The notes beneath the pieces are model-generated. The model was not told where the DNA came from and made no database searches. It saw only the letters and a list, made by a program, of their open reading frames with translations. A program made the position numbers and the translations under genes. This document shows, in pieces, positions 49,417-59,583 of a stretch of DNA of 64,000 bases. The number at the start of each line of letters is the position of its first letter. Position 1 is the first letter of the stretch. The DNA is from Nannocystales bacterium (GTDB lineage Bacteria; Myxococcota_A; Polyangia; Nannocystales; Nannocystaceae): the NCBI GenBank assembly GCA_050633305.1, contig JBOEGF010000017.1, positions 104,717 through 168,716 on the forward strand, read 5' to 3'.

Positions 49417-52400
49417 GCGCCGGGCTCCGTGTAGCGCTTGCGGTCGATGATCCGATAGACCGCCGGGATCACCACCAGCGTCAACCCCGTGGCGACGACG
49501 AGGCCACCGATCACCGCGATGGCCAGCGCACGCCGCAGCTCGGCTCCAGGACCTTGCGCCAAGGCGAGTGGCAGCAGACCCAAGATGGTGGTCGCGGAGG
49601 TCATCAGAATCGGGCGCAGGCGGTCTCGGCCGGCGGCGACGATGGCGGCCTGTTGCGTCATACCGCTGGCCCTGCGCCCGTTGATCGCGTCGACCAGCAC
49701 GATGGCGTTGTTGACGACGATGCCGGCGAGCATCACCACGCCGACCATGGAAATGACGCTCATCGAGCTGCCCGTGAGCAGCAACGAGCCCACCACGCCG
49801 ATGGCACCCAGCGGAAGCGTGAAGATGACAATGAACGGGTGCAGCAGGGACTCGAACTGCGAGGCCATCACTACGTAGACCAAGAAACCGGCCAGCGCGG
49901 TCGCCAGAAGAAGCGAGCGCAGGGATTGGAACATCTCTTGTTCCTGGCCTGCGAGCTCGACCCGCGCACCCGCGGCGCGTGCCGCCTCGGCCGCTCGGGT
50001 GACGTCCGCCGCGACCGCCCCCATGTCTCGGCCCGAGACGTCTGCCGACACCACGGCGGCCCGCGACTGGTCCAGCCTGCGGATCTCGCTCGGCCCGGTG
50101 CCGAGTTCGACCGACGCGACGGATTCGAGCAGGATCGGTGCACCATCGCGCGTGGCGACGATCAGTCGGCGCAAGTCCGCGGGCGTCGCGTGTTGGCGAG
50201 GCAGGGCGCGGACCCGGATGTCCACATCGCGGTGTCCCTGCCGAAAACGCGTGGTGACATCGCCCTGCAGCTGGGTCCGAACCGAGGTCGCGACGTCGGA
50301 GACCCGGAGGTCGAGCTGTGCGATCGCCTCGTGGTCGAAGCGGACCTGCACCTCAGGGTTGCCAAAGTCTGCCGAAGACCGAGCCTCGACCACACCTTCG
50401 ATGGTGGCGATCTCAGCCCGAAGTGCATCGGCTTGGTCGCGCAGACCCGCGAGGTCCTCTTCGAGCACGTGGAGCTCGACCGGGCGCCGCAGACTGAAGA
50501 CCGCCGGGCGGGTCAGGCGGGAGCGTTGCACGCCCGCCTCGGCCAGGGCATCGCGAAGGACCTGGATGACTTGCGCTTCGTCTTCAGCGCTCGCGCCTTC
50601 CGCCATCCGGACCGAAAGCGCAGCGGTGTGCTCGCCTCCGGTGGTCCCGGCTGAGCCGCTGACCGCGGAGGCGCCCGCGACCGACGACACCCGATCGACG
50701 CGGGCGTCGTCGACCAGGACGCGTTGGGCATCGCGAACGACCGCGTCGGTCCGCGACAAGGGGGTACCCGCTGGCAGCTCGAGGGCAAAGCCGAACTCCC
50801 CTTGGGAGAGGCTTGGGATGAGGTCGAGGCCCAGGCGTGGGACCGAGGCGACTGTGGCCGCAAACGCCAGGAGCGCGATGCCCACCACGGTCCACGGGCG
50901 CCGAACACTTCCGCGGCAGACCGAGGGGTACACCGCGGCGAGCCTTTCAAAGGCTGCGCCGAACAGGCCCGCGACGGGGCGCAGCACCCAGGCCACGCCC
51001 GCGACGATCGTCGCGACACCGAGGCGGACCAACACAACCGGCATCAACACGGTGCGCGCCACCCGTCCGAGCTGCGGCGGTGGCGTCCCCTCCCGGCTCA
51101 ACGCGGAGATCATCGGGATGAGCGTCAAGGAGACCGCCAACGACACGACGAGCGAGAAGCACACCGTCACCGCCATGTCGCGAAACAACTGGGCAGCCAT
51201 GCCTTCGAGGAACACCACCGGGAGGAACACCGCGACGGTCGTCAACGTGGATGCGATCACCGCACGCCCGACTTCGCTGGCCCCTTCGCGGGCGGCCTCG
51301 ACCGCTGCCGCCCCCTGTTCCCGGCGGCGATGAATGGCCTCCAACACGACGATCGCGCTGTCGACCAACATTCCGACGCCCAGCGCCAGGCCGCCCAGCG
51401 ACATGACGTTGAGCGTGGTGCCCGTCTGGTACATCAAGAAGAACGTCGCGACGACCGAGACGGGAATGCTGACCGCGATGATCGCCGTGCTCCTGCCGTC
51501 CCGGAGGAACAACAGCAGGACCACGACCGCGAACACGCCGCCCAGGACCGCCCCCTGAAGCACCTCGTCGACCGAGGCCTCGATGAAGGTCGACTGGTCC
51601 GCGGCCACGACCAGCACAACCCCCTCGGGCAGGCGTTGTCGCACCACCTCCAGCCGCGCGTGGACCGACTTGGCGACGGCCGTGGTGTTGGCGTCGCCCT
51701 CCTGGAACAGCGCGAGTTCAACCGCCTCCTCGCCGCCGAGGCGGGTCACGCTCTCACGCTGACGATGGGTGCGTCGCACCGTGGCCACGTCCCCAACCGT
51801 CACCCGGCGTCCGTCTTCGTCGAAGAGGACCGTGTCCTCGATGTCCGCCAGGGAGCCGAAGCGGTTGCGGGCCCGGACGAGGTATCGCGCCTCACTCTCG
51901 TAGAGACTCCCGCCCGCCTGATCGATGTTGGCCTTGCGCAATGCCTCGGCGACAGCGGCCAAGTTCTGACCCGTGAGGGACAACCGGCCCGGGTCGATTT
52001 CGATCTCGATCTCCGGCTGCAGGCCACCGCGCACGTCGATCGCCGCCACGCCCTCGGTGCTCTCCAGGTCCTTCTCGACCCGTTCCTCTGCGATCTGTCG
52101 CAGTGTGAGCAGGTCCAACTCCGCCGTACCGTCGGTGGTGAGATACAGCCGCAGCACCGGGTCGGCGGAAGGGTCGTACCGCCGCAAGATCGGAGGTTCA
52201 CTCCCATCGGGGAGCCGCAGCAGTTCCAGCTTCTCGCGCACGTCGATCGCCGCAAAGTCCATCTCCCGCCCCCAGCCGAACTCGATGGTCACCTGTGAGA
52301 GCCCCGGTGTGGAGATGGAGGAGATCCTCTGTACCCCCGAGACGACCCCAACGCGCTCCTCGATCGGCCGGGTGAGCAGCTGCTCCACCTCGGCGGGCGC

Positions 52401-52562
52401 AGCCCCCGGCATCGACGTCTCGATCGTCAGGCTTGGATAGGACAGATCGGGCAGCAGGCTGACCTTCAGGCGGCTGAACGCCACCAGCCCGAAGAGCACC
52501 ATGGCCACCGCGCACATCGCCACCGTCACCCGACGGCGCAGGGAGAAGTCGACGAGCTGCAT
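49413..52562 (-). CDS. RND efflux permease (AcrB family)
   Basis: VGMLVDSAIVV.E, ASTLTT..VF.P, QFES..HP, GIVVNNAIVL, RLRPILMT. Confidence 0.95.
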   Translation of the reverse strand: MQLVDFSLRRRVTVAMCAVAMVLFGLVAFSRLKVSLLPDLSYPSLTIETSMPGAAPAEVEQLLTRPIEERVGVVSGVQRISSISTPGLSQVTIEFGWGREMDFAAIDVREKLELLRLPDGSEPPILRRYDPSADPVLRLYLTTDGTAELDLLTLRQIAEERVEKDLESTEGVAAIDVRGGLQPEIEIEIDPGRLSLTGQNLAAVAEALRKANIDQAGGSLYESEARYLVRARNRFGSLADIEDTVLFDEDGRRVTVGDVATVRRTHRQRESVTRLGGEEAVELALFQEGDANTTAVAKSVHARLEVVRQRLPEGVVLVVAADQSTFIEASVDEVLQGAVLGGVFAVVVLLLFLRDGRSTAIIAVSIPVSVVATFFLMYQTGTTLNVMSLGGLALGVGMLVDSAIVVLEAIHRRREQGAAAVEAAREGASEVGRAVIASTLTTVAVFLPVVFLEGMAAQLFRDMAVTVCFSLVVSLAVSLTLIPMISALSREGTPPPQLGRVARTVLMPVVLVRLGVATIVAGVAWVLRPVAGLFGAAFERLAAVYPSVCRGSVRRPWTVVGIALLAFAATVASVPRLGLDLIPSLSQGEFGFALELPAGTPLSRTDAVVRDAQRVLVDDARVDRVSSVAGASAVSGSAGTTGGEHTAALSVRMAEGASAEDEAQVIQVLRDALAEAGVQRSRLTRPAVFSLRRPVELHVLEEDLAGLRDQADALRAEIATIEGVVEARSSADFGNPEVQVRFDHEAIAQLDLRVSDVATSVRTQLQGDVTTRFRQGHRDVDIRVRALPRQHATPADLRRLIVATRDGAPILLESVASVELGTGPSEIRRLDQSRAAVVSADVSGRDMGAVAADVTRAAEAARAAGARVELAGQEQEMFQSLRSLLLATALAGFLVYVVMASQFESLLHPFIVIFTLPLGAIGVVGSLLLTGSSMSVISMVGVVMLAGIVVNNAIVLVDAINGRRASGMTQQAAIVAAGRDRLRPILMTSATTILGLLPLALAQGPGAELRRALAIAVIGGLVVATGLTLVVIPAVYRIIDRKRYTEPGA

Positions 52563-53653
52563 CAGCCGGCCTCTTGCGGAACGACCTCGACCTCGGCGCC
52601 ATCCTGCAGCGCCCCGTGTCCCGCGATGACCACCGATTCACCGGCGTCCAGTCCTTCGAGGATCTGTGAACGTCCGGACTCCGTGGCCCCAACCGTAACG
52701 GTTCGCCGCCGGGCCACGTCGTCCTTCACCACGTACACGTGCTCGCCCTGGTGGTCCACGATCACGGACTCCCGCGGCACCAAGCAGGCGTCGTCGTGCT
52801 GCTCGCGGAGCAGACGAATGCCGACGAAGCTACCGGATCGCACCTGCGCCGGAGGACCCGGAACCTCGATCGTGACCTCGACCGTGCCGCTCTTCACATC
52901 GACCACCGACGCGATGCGCTTCACACGGCCGGTGAACTTCAGGTCGGGGTTCGCCTGCAAGACGAGCTTCGCCTCGCGGCCTGGCTCGAGTTGCATCGCG
53001 TCACGCTCGGGAATGTGGATGCGCGCCACGAGCGTACTGAAGTCCGTGACCTCGAACAGAGGATCCCCCACCTTCACGTACTGACCGCGTTCCACACTCC
53101 GCTTGGTGATCTTCCCCGCGAGTGGAGCCCGGACCCGAGCCCGGCGCAGCGCCGCATCCGCGTTCTCGAGTTCTTGTCTTGCCAGGTCGCGGTCCGTCAC
53201 CGCCGTGTCGAGTTCTTCGGATGCAACCAACCGCTGACCGGCGAGTTTTGCCGTACGAGCTTGGGCGACCTCGGAGGAACGCAACTTGATCCGTGCGGTC
53301 TTCCGGGCCCGGGCAGCTTCGGCTGAATCCAGCGCCACCAGCAGGGCACCGCGCTCGACGCTCTCGCCCTCTTCGGCACCCAGCTTGGTGATCCGCCCCG
53401 GCGCCTCGGCGACGACGGAGATCGACCGCTGCGCGACGAGGTTGGCCGTGGCCTCGATGTGCGAGGCGATGCTCCCCCGCTCGGCCAGCTCCAGCTCGAC
53501 CCGGCGAACGCGCTGCGGCTCCCCAGCCGAAGCCTGCGCCTCCCCAGCGTCCCCCACGGGCCCCGGACCCAGGACGCCACCGAACCAGGCTGCAGCGCCC
53601 ACTGCCGCGACTACGATCGCAACCCCCACACTTCGCTGAACGGCTCTCGTCAT
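52562..53653 (-). CDS. RND periplasmic adaptor (membrane fusion protein)
   Basis: N-terminal TM, lipoyl-like G.I...EG..V..G, RAP..G.I...V..GQYV, GL..GE.VV. Confidence 0.93.
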   Translation of the reverse strand: MTRAVQRSVGVAIVVAAVGAAAWFGGVLGPGPVGDAGEAQASAGEPQRVRRVELELAERGSIASHIEATANLVAQRSISVVAEAPGRITKLGAEEGESVERGALLVALDSAEAARARKTARIKLRSSEVAQARTAKLAGQRLVASEELDTAVTDRDLARQELENADAALRRARVRAPLAGKITKRSVERGQYVKVGDPLFEVTDFSTLVARIHIPERDAMQLEPGREAKLVLQANPDLKFTGRVKRIASVVDVKSGTVEVTIEVPGPPAQVRSGSFVGIRLLREQHDDACLVPRESVIVDHQGEHVYVVKDDVARRRTVTVGATESGRSQILEGLDAGESVVIAGHGALQDGAEVEVVPQEAG

Positions 53654-53881
53654 GGTCTCCCCCTCTCGACGCAGAGAACGCCGCCCGTGTTTCGCCCTGG
53701 GGCAAGTTCCTGGAATTGAGTCGTGCGCAGGGTCATCGTCGGCTGCCCGCAGCCGGGTATCCGGACGGCCCGCCGATGGGTTGCTCTTTTTCGCAGCTCA
53801 GCGCGCGGGGGACGAAGACCCGGGAATAAGCGGAGCGCAGCCCGGTTCCGACTCCGCGCTGAGTCCCTCTCCCCGAGCGAC

Positions 53882-54649
53882 TCAGGCCGAGGGGTTCACG
53901 AATCGGGACACGAATGCCTCGTACGCATCCTTCATCGGCAACTGCATGACCGCGACCAGCCGCCGACGCTGCGCACAGGTTTTCTCGCCACTGGTCGGGT
54001 TCAGCCCTTCCTTCTCGTACGCCTCCCACACCACCCCCACGCCGCGACGCTGCCACAGCGGAAGCTGGTTGAAGTTGACCCCGCGCGAGAAGAGCAACTC
54101 ATTCTTCTGAGCGGCCGAGCACCCCTCCAACCGAGCGGTCGCGTCCCCGGGCGTGGCTCCGTCCTCTCGGAGGATCCAGTAGCAGTGCGCGCTCAGCGAG
54201 TTCCTGTGCGCGTCCGCGCTGCGCCACCGAAAGTAGTCGAGCACCAACGTCCGACTCGGAAGCTGCGAGAGTCGGCAGTCGAACGCGGCCACGCTGCCAA
54301 GCAAGCTGGTGAACTTGGCGCTCGCCTCTCCCGCCAGCACCGATCCGAGCTTGCGCAACTTCCGACCGAAACTCTGGTCGTGTGGCGAGAACAGCAGCGA
54401 GATTTCATCACTCTGCGTGAACCCGTACGCGAAACTCATCCCGGTCTCCCCCATGAGGTACCGCGTGGTCTCGACCATCATGTCGCGAAACCGCGGATCG
54501 AACGGCGCGGCGAAGTTGTGCACGTCCTTGGTGAGGCGGGTGAATGACCGTCCATCCAACCGCGCCACGGCATAGACACCGGGCAGCACGCGCTGCTCGT
54601 TGACGGTCTCGAAGACACGCATCCGCGCGTCGAGTTCGTTGAACTTCAT
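53882..54649 (-). CDS. Thg1-like protein (3'-5' nucleotidyltransferase)
   Basis: ARLDGRSF, TQSDEISLL, FDCR, YFRWR..DA.RN, KNELLF..G.NFN.LP.W.RRG. Confidence 0.93.
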   Translation of the reverse strand: MKFNELDARMRVFETVNEQRVLPGVYAVARLDGRSFTRLTKDVHNFAAPFDPRFRDMMVETTRYLMGETGMSFAYGFTQSDEISLLFSPHDQSFGRKLRKLGSVLAGEASAKFTSLLGSVAAFDCRLSQLPSRTLVLDYFRWRSADAHRNSLSAHCYWILREDGATPGDATARLEGCSAAQKNELLFSRGVNFNQLPLWQRRGVGVVWEAYEKEGLNPTSGEKTCAQRRRLVAVMQLPMKDAYEAFVSRFVNPSA

Positions 54650-55086
54650 GATGGTCTCCAGGGCTCGACGACGAAGCCCCGCTCGATCCGGACGTAGTGA
54701 AGGGCGTCGAAGCCCTCCGCGGGTTGGGGTGTTTCGAGTCTCCCGGCCGCCCCGAGCAGCCCCCGCGGGGGAACCCGTGCGCGGCCCTGTCGAGCTTCGT
54801 TTCGAGCCATCGACTCGGCGAGCACCGATTGAAAGTAGTACCCCACCACGCCAAACCCCGCCGCACGGGCCGGCACGATGTAGCGCGCGCGGTCACTGCG
54901 GGACACGTTCGTGTTGTCCACGGCCACCGACTGTTTGGCGGTGAGGCATGCCTCGAACAACAGCCGTTCACGATGCCGTGTGCGAAGCATGTCGAGATTG
55001 ATCCGAACATGCGTGTCGAAGAACCGCTCCCGGAAGAACGTGCTCTTCCCCACGGCTTGAATCCCCGTGAAGACCACGAGTTCCAT
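54646..55086 (-). CDS. P-loop kinase (AAA_33, polynucleotide-kinase-like)
   Basis: GIQAVGKST, INLD, VDNTN, RN..R, EGFD; ATGA overlap with Thg1-like gene. Confidence 0.9.
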   Translation of the reverse strand: MELVVFTGIQAVGKSTFFRERFFDTHVRINLDMLRTRHRERLLFEACLTAKQSVAVDNTNVSRSDRARYIVPARAAGFGVVGYYFQSVLAESMARNEARQGRARVPPRGLLGAAGRLETPQPAEGFDALHYVRIERGFVVEPWRPS

Positions 55087-55440
55087 CTCAAGGACCTCCG
55101 GACACCGCGAGTTGGCGCCACACAATGCGTTTCGTTGTTCGAATCATCTCTTCCATCTCCTGGTACGCAAGAAGCTCGCGCAACAGGGGGAACTCGACTC
55201 GGCATCCTGCCGAACGGGCCGCCGTGACTGTCGGGAAATAGAGGAACCCCAGTGCGCATATCGTCGCGCCATCTGGGTGGTCCAGACAGCGCTAGCGGTG
55301 TGGAGTTCCGGCGGCCATCACCCTTCTTTCGTACGGCCGAACCCCAACCCCGTCAAGGCGCGTTCTTCAGAGAATCCGTCCCCGGTCGGTAGGCCTGCTG
55401 ACAGACAGCCGCGCGCCTCGGGCTTAGACTTGTCGAGGTC

Positions 55441-55977
55441 TTGCTTCTGACCGTCGACGATGCCCTCGCCCTGCTCGCACGGTTGGGTGCGCCCGCACAC
55501 CTTCGCCATCACCACGCACTCGTCGCTGAAGCGGCGGAGGAACTCATCGCGGGGCTCTCGGACTTCACCGCCTGTTTCGATCCACAGGACGTCTTGCTCG
55601 GGGCAGCGCTCCATGACGTGGGAAAACTCCTGCACCCGGACGAGGTGCACGCCCGGGGCACTCGCCACGAAGAGGCCGGCCGAGCGCTTCTCGAGGCGCA
55701 CGGACCCCCCCGCATCGCCCGGTTCTGTGTCTCGCACGGCCAGTGGAACTGCGATGCCCTCGCCCTTGAAGACCTGCTCGTCGCGCTCGCCGACAAGCTG
55801 TGGAAGGGCAAGAGGGTCGGAAAACTCGAACAGCGGGTTGTTGCGACACTTGCACGGAGCACCCGCGCGCCCGCGTGGCAGGTTTTCTCCCGACTCGACC
55901 TGGTCTTCGAGTCCGTCGCGGCGCGGGGCGACGAACGCCTGCTTCGCTCACAAAGCGAGGTTCATCCCAAGCGATGA
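55441..55977 (+). CDS. HD-domain phosphohydrolase
   Basis: HH.LV, LHDVGK, HEEAG, SH, LADKLWKG; TTG start. Confidence 0.85.
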   Translation: MLLTVDDALALLARLGAPAHLRHHHALVAEAAEELIAGLSDFTACFDPQDVLLGAALHDVGKLLHPDEVHARGTRHEEAGRALLEAHGPPRIARFCVSHGQWNCDALALEDLLVALADKLWKGKRVGKLEQRVVATLARSTRAPAWQVFSRLDLVFESVAARGDERLLRSQSEVHPKR

Positions 55978-57122
55978 GCGGCCGCGACAAGCAGCTCGGC
56001 GGATCCCGTGCCCTCATACTCCCGCAACGCCGCCTCAACGAGCTTGATGGTGTGGTCGTCGTCGGAGCGTGCAGCTGCAGTTGCCAGCGCGACCGGATCC
56101 GCGCCGGACCCGGACAACGGTTCCGTAGCCGAGGAGTCCGCCTGAGCGTGCGTTGCATGAACGGCGGCCAGCGCTTGCACGAGGTACCCGACCGCAACCC
56201 GCTGATCTCGTGCAGACAGAACCGGCAACAGGAGGCGGAGCGCAGCAGACCCCGTCACCCCATGCAGGTAGACGAATGACGCTCCACGGGCTCCGGTGGT
56301 GACGAACAGTCGTGCCGCCGCGAGGACCAGAGCATCGAGCACGACGTCGGGAGCTTGCGCCTCGGGGTCGTAGGACTCGACGACGGACACAAACCCAGGG
56401 TCCCCGATAAGCACGTCGAACCGCTCGAAGATCAACCCCGCGTGGCGTCGCTCCAGCGGAACGATTGGAACACGGCGCAGAACACCCGAGCCATCGCGAC
56501 CTGAAATCGGCGCCACGCCTGGCGAGCCTGGCAACGGCTGGTAGCGTGCTGCCCAGTACCCCAACCCCTGGGCCAGCTCGTTCGCGCGTGGAGCAGACGA
56601 GCTCCGGTTCCACCCGCGATACGCGTGAGCCGTGCGCAGTAACCCATGGAATGCTCCGCCAACCATTCCTGGAAGGAGCAGGGGTAGCGCGGCCTGCAAG
56701 AGGGCTTCAGGTCCGATGCGCCGCAGTTCGGCCTCCATCGATGCGATCAGGCCCGCGCGGGCCTCGGGTTGTCCCCGCGCTTCCGACCAGTCGTCCAGCA
56801 ATGGAGTTGCCGGCATCGGCTCGAGACGAGATCGGTACCGGCGAAAAAACGGACCGATACGCTCGGTTGCTCCCAACGCTTCGAGCGCCTCACATGCCAT
56901 GGGGCCGTGGTTGGACAGTCCCCCCGAGAACTCCGGATCGGTGCGGTGCAGCTCCAACAACGCCTGGTCGAGCGGCGCGGTATCGGGGCCGGGTGGCCGC
57001 GCTGCACCGAGGTTTCGTTGCGGTTCAGACTCGGGGGGGACGACCGGCTGTTCCTCCGGCCGGGAACACCCCGCGAAGAGCCCGGCTCCAGCCATGCGAA
57101 CGACGTTGCGTCGGGTGAACAT
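55962..57122 (-). CDS. questin-oxidase-like (DUF4243) protein with Tat-lipoprotein signal
   Basis: TRRNVV..FAGC; LSNHGPM..EAL, AFHGLLRTAHA, ELAQGLGYWA, LHGVTG, DDHTIKL. Confidence 0.85.
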   Translation of the reverse strand: MFTRRNVVRMAGAGLFAGCSRPEEQPVVPPESEPQRNLGAARPPGPDTAPLDQALLELHRTDPEFSGGLSNHGPMACEALEALGATERIGPFFRRYRSRLEPMPATPLLDDWSEARGQPEARAGLIASMEAELRRIGPEALLQAALPLLLPGMVGGAFHGLLRTAHAYRGWNRSSSAPRANELAQGLGYWAARYQPLPGSPGVAPISGRDGSGVLRRVPIVPLERRHAGLIFERFDVLIGDPGFVSVVESYDPEAQAPDVVLDALVLAAARLFVTTGARGASFVYLHGVTGSAALRLLLPVLSARDQRVAVGYLVQALAAVHATHAQADSSATEPLSGSGADPVALATAAARSDDDHTIKLVEAALREYEGTGSAELLVAAAHRLG

Positions 57123-57135
57123 CACCCCTGAGATG

Positions 57136-57455
57136 TCACGGACAGCGCGAAACCTTGCGACCGCGGGTGGGGCGAAACGCCTCCTCGATCCAGTAGAACT
57201 GCTTGTGCCCACGGGACTCGTACAGCTCGGCGATACCAATCGCCTCGCACCTCGACGATACCCGCGCCAGCTCAAACTCGTTGCCGTTGTCGTCGGTCCG
57301 CATGATCCGCCAGCGGTCCGGCGCGTCTGGGCTTCCGGTGCCCAGCCCCTCGTGGGACTCGGCGCCCACAAATCCGAGATGGAAGGCCACGTGTCGCCGG
57401 TCGGGGGCGTTCGCACGCACCGGAACGAACGTCGGTCGATCCGTCGGCGGCCCTT
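57136..57455 (-). pseudogene. C-terminal remnant carrying a small 'DDNGN...RGHKQ.YW' domain
   Basis: WRIMRTDDNGNEFELAR...ESRGHKQFYWIE reads as a real domain but has no clear own start before the junction. Confidence 0.5.
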
Positions 57456-57459
57456 GAGC

Positions 57460-57981
57460 ACCGTCGTCGAGGCGTTCGAAGAGGCCAAAGGCGTGTTGAT
57501 CTCGCTGCGGGACGAACGACAGGCTGCGTTTGCAGCGACGCAGCTGCCCGACGGAGCCAAGCAACTTGAGGCGTTGCGGGTGGCATACCTGACCCCGCGA
57601 TTCTTGGGGGTACTGCTGCCGCGGCTGGATGAAGCCCTGAAAAAGCGTGGGCTGCAGTGCGAGGGTTGTCCCGCGGCCGAGCGCCCGGCGCCGCACGAGG
57701 TGATATGGGCTCAATATCAGCCGTTCCTGCTGGCGCACGTGTGGCCCGACCCCGTGGTCACGCCTCGCGATGACGCCGGCAAGGCCGTCGGCGAGGCGCG
57801 GGTGTCCGTGCACATCTGCGGGGGCATCAACGGCGTGGCCGAGATGAGCACGCCCGACGCCCGGCTGGTGCAGGCGGGATATCTCGGGGCCTTTCATACC
57901 GCGCCGATTCGCGACCGCGTGACCGAGTTCATGGAGGCGCTCGAGGCCGACGAAGCCTACGGCGCGCTGGAGACCGACGAG
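57460..57981 (+). pseudogene. internal fragment of a paralogue of the 58379-59332 lipoprotein
   Basis: VLISLR.ER.AAF, C.GCP, LAHVWPDPVVTP, VHICGG.NGV shared; similarity begins and ends abruptly. Confidence 0.8.
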
Positions 57982-58092
57982 CTTCAGCGTCGACCAGTCG
58001 ATCGCCGCGACATGCCCGGCCGGCAGTACGTGCTGCAGCTCGGCCGCGGCGTTCTCCGGCTGCTGGAACACCGACTTGAACAGCGCGTCGTC
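57976..58092 (-). pseudogene. N-terminal fragment of Rpn/YhgA-like recombination-promoting nuclease
   Basis: DALFKSVFQQPENAAAELQHVLP.....IDWSTLKLV matches the recalled family N-terminus. Confidence 0.75.
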
Positions 58093-58378
58093 GCGCAACC
58101 TCACCGAGCCCCCAGCACCTCCCGCCAAACATCGGCAGGACGGAGGCCACCGCACGACGCAGCTCTTTTTGAGCGCATCGCGCGGAATATTCATCGCGCG
58201 CCGAGACGGCGACGGAGCCCGAGATAACCGAACCTCACCCACGATCCACCTAAACGTGACCTAAGCCGGTCGACCGGGAAGGCGCCAGCGAGTGGGCCGC
58301 ACCTCGCTGACGCGAACACCTCCAGCGACGGAACACAGATCCTCCGCGGGAGCGTAGTCTCCTGGGGTGGCACTATCG

Positions 58379-59332
58379 ATGCGCGCTCCGAGCCTGCTGC
58401 CGCTGATCATCGTCGGCTTCGCGTGTTCATCCGCAACACCGCGAGCGCCGCCCCCCCCGGACAAGGCCTCCGCCCAAGACATCGCGCTCACACCGGAGTC
58501 GCACGCTGACGACGCCACGGTCACCTGGCCGCAGCTCCAGGCCGAAATCGAGGCCGTGATATGCACACAGACCCTTGAGCCCCCCGGCCGTGATCCGATC
58601 CGGGTGCCGAGGTACGGACGCCGCGACTACTGCGGCCTGGAACCCGCCGCGACTCCGATCGAGCGATCGGTGGTCGCTGGCTTTGCTTCTGCGAACGAGG
58701 TCTTGATCTCTTTGCGAGCCGAACGTGACGCGGCGTTCGAAGCGGTCGCCGAGCCCGAGCCGGGCACCCGCCTGGCCGCGGTCCGTCGTGCCTACCTCAG
58801 CGACGCGTTCCTCGGGGTGCTGCTGGTGCGGATGGACGCGGCGTTGGCAGAGGAGGGATTGCACTGCCAGGGGTGCCCAACGCCGGTGCGGCCGCCGCGA
58901 CGGGAAGTGACTTGGGAGGAGTTCGAACCGTATCTCCTCGCCCACGTTTGGCCTGACCCGGTCGTGACCCCGACCGACGACAATGGACGACCTACCGGCG
59001 ACCTCAAGCTGCACGTGCACATCTGCGGCGGCCTCAACGGTGTGTCCGAACTCGCCGAGCCTGACTCCAAGCTCATCCAGGCGGGCTATCTTGCGGCGAT
59101 CCACACATCCGCCGTGCACACGCGTGTAGGAGTGTTCCTGGGCGAGTTCAAGAAGGACGAAGGGCTCGAGGCGCTCACAACCGATGAGGCACGGACCAAC
59201 CACATGCGACAAGCGATCGCGCCATACCTGCTCGCCGACCCCGCGGTGCGAACCGGGGTCTGCGCCACCCTGGCTCGCCTCCAGCCGGACACGGGGGTAG
59301 CCGTCACCGCGTGCGACCACCCGCAACCCTGA
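58379..59332 (+). CDS. hypothetical Cys-containing lipoprotein
   Basis: Signal ending GFAC; intact 317-codon ORF; paralogous fragment upstream. Confidence 0.8.
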   Translation: MRAPSLLPLIIVGFACSSATPRAPPPPDKASAQDIALTPESHADDATVTWPQLQAEIEAVICTQTLEPPGRDPIRVPRYGRRDYCGLEPAATPIERSVVAGFASANEVLISLRAERDAAFEAVAEPEPGTRLAAVRRAYLSDAFLGVLLVRMDAALAEEGLHCQGCPTPVRPPRREVTWEEFEPYLLAHVWPDPVVTPTDDNGRPTGDLKLHVHICGGLNGVSELAEPDSKLIQAGYLAAIHTSAVHTRVGVFLGEFKKDEGLEALTTDEARTNHMRQAIAPYLLADPAVRTGVCATLARLQPDTGVAVTACDHPQP

Positions 59333-59511
59333 CCGCCGGGTCACGCCTCAGTCCAGCATCTCGAAGAGGGCTCTGCCGCGGACGAACCCGGGCCCTCGAG
59401 GTGACCGCAAACGGGTCCGTGGCCCCAAGCCCAACCCAGCTCACCCTCGAAAAGAGGTCGGCGCAAGGGCCACCAACGTACTTTTCCGTACGGCTCTCGG
59501 CGCCACTCTGT

Positions 59512-59583
59512 ATCGGCGGTCGGCCCTCGAAGCTCAACCCCAGCCAGCGCAAGGAAGCGGTGAAAATGGCTCGCTCTGGAAAG
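59512..59583 (+). pseudogene. serine recombinase (Hin-type) HTH remnant
   Basis: IGGRPSKLNPSQRKEAVKMARSGK resembles the GRP.KL...Q arm and helix of resolvases; very short. Confidence 0.45.

Noticed and set aside
1619..52298. Long antisense ORFs (e.g. 1619-3256, 6889-8988, 11739-13505, 21722-23992, 50724-52298)
   Set aside because: They mirror well-supported genes on the opposite strand, as expected at high GC, and carry no motifs
55087..55440. Possible ncRNA or small ORF between the kinase and HD genes
   Set aside because: No tRNA-like fold seen; a minus-strand frame (..FPLLRELLAYQEMEEM..) ends next to the kinase start but lacks a convincing start
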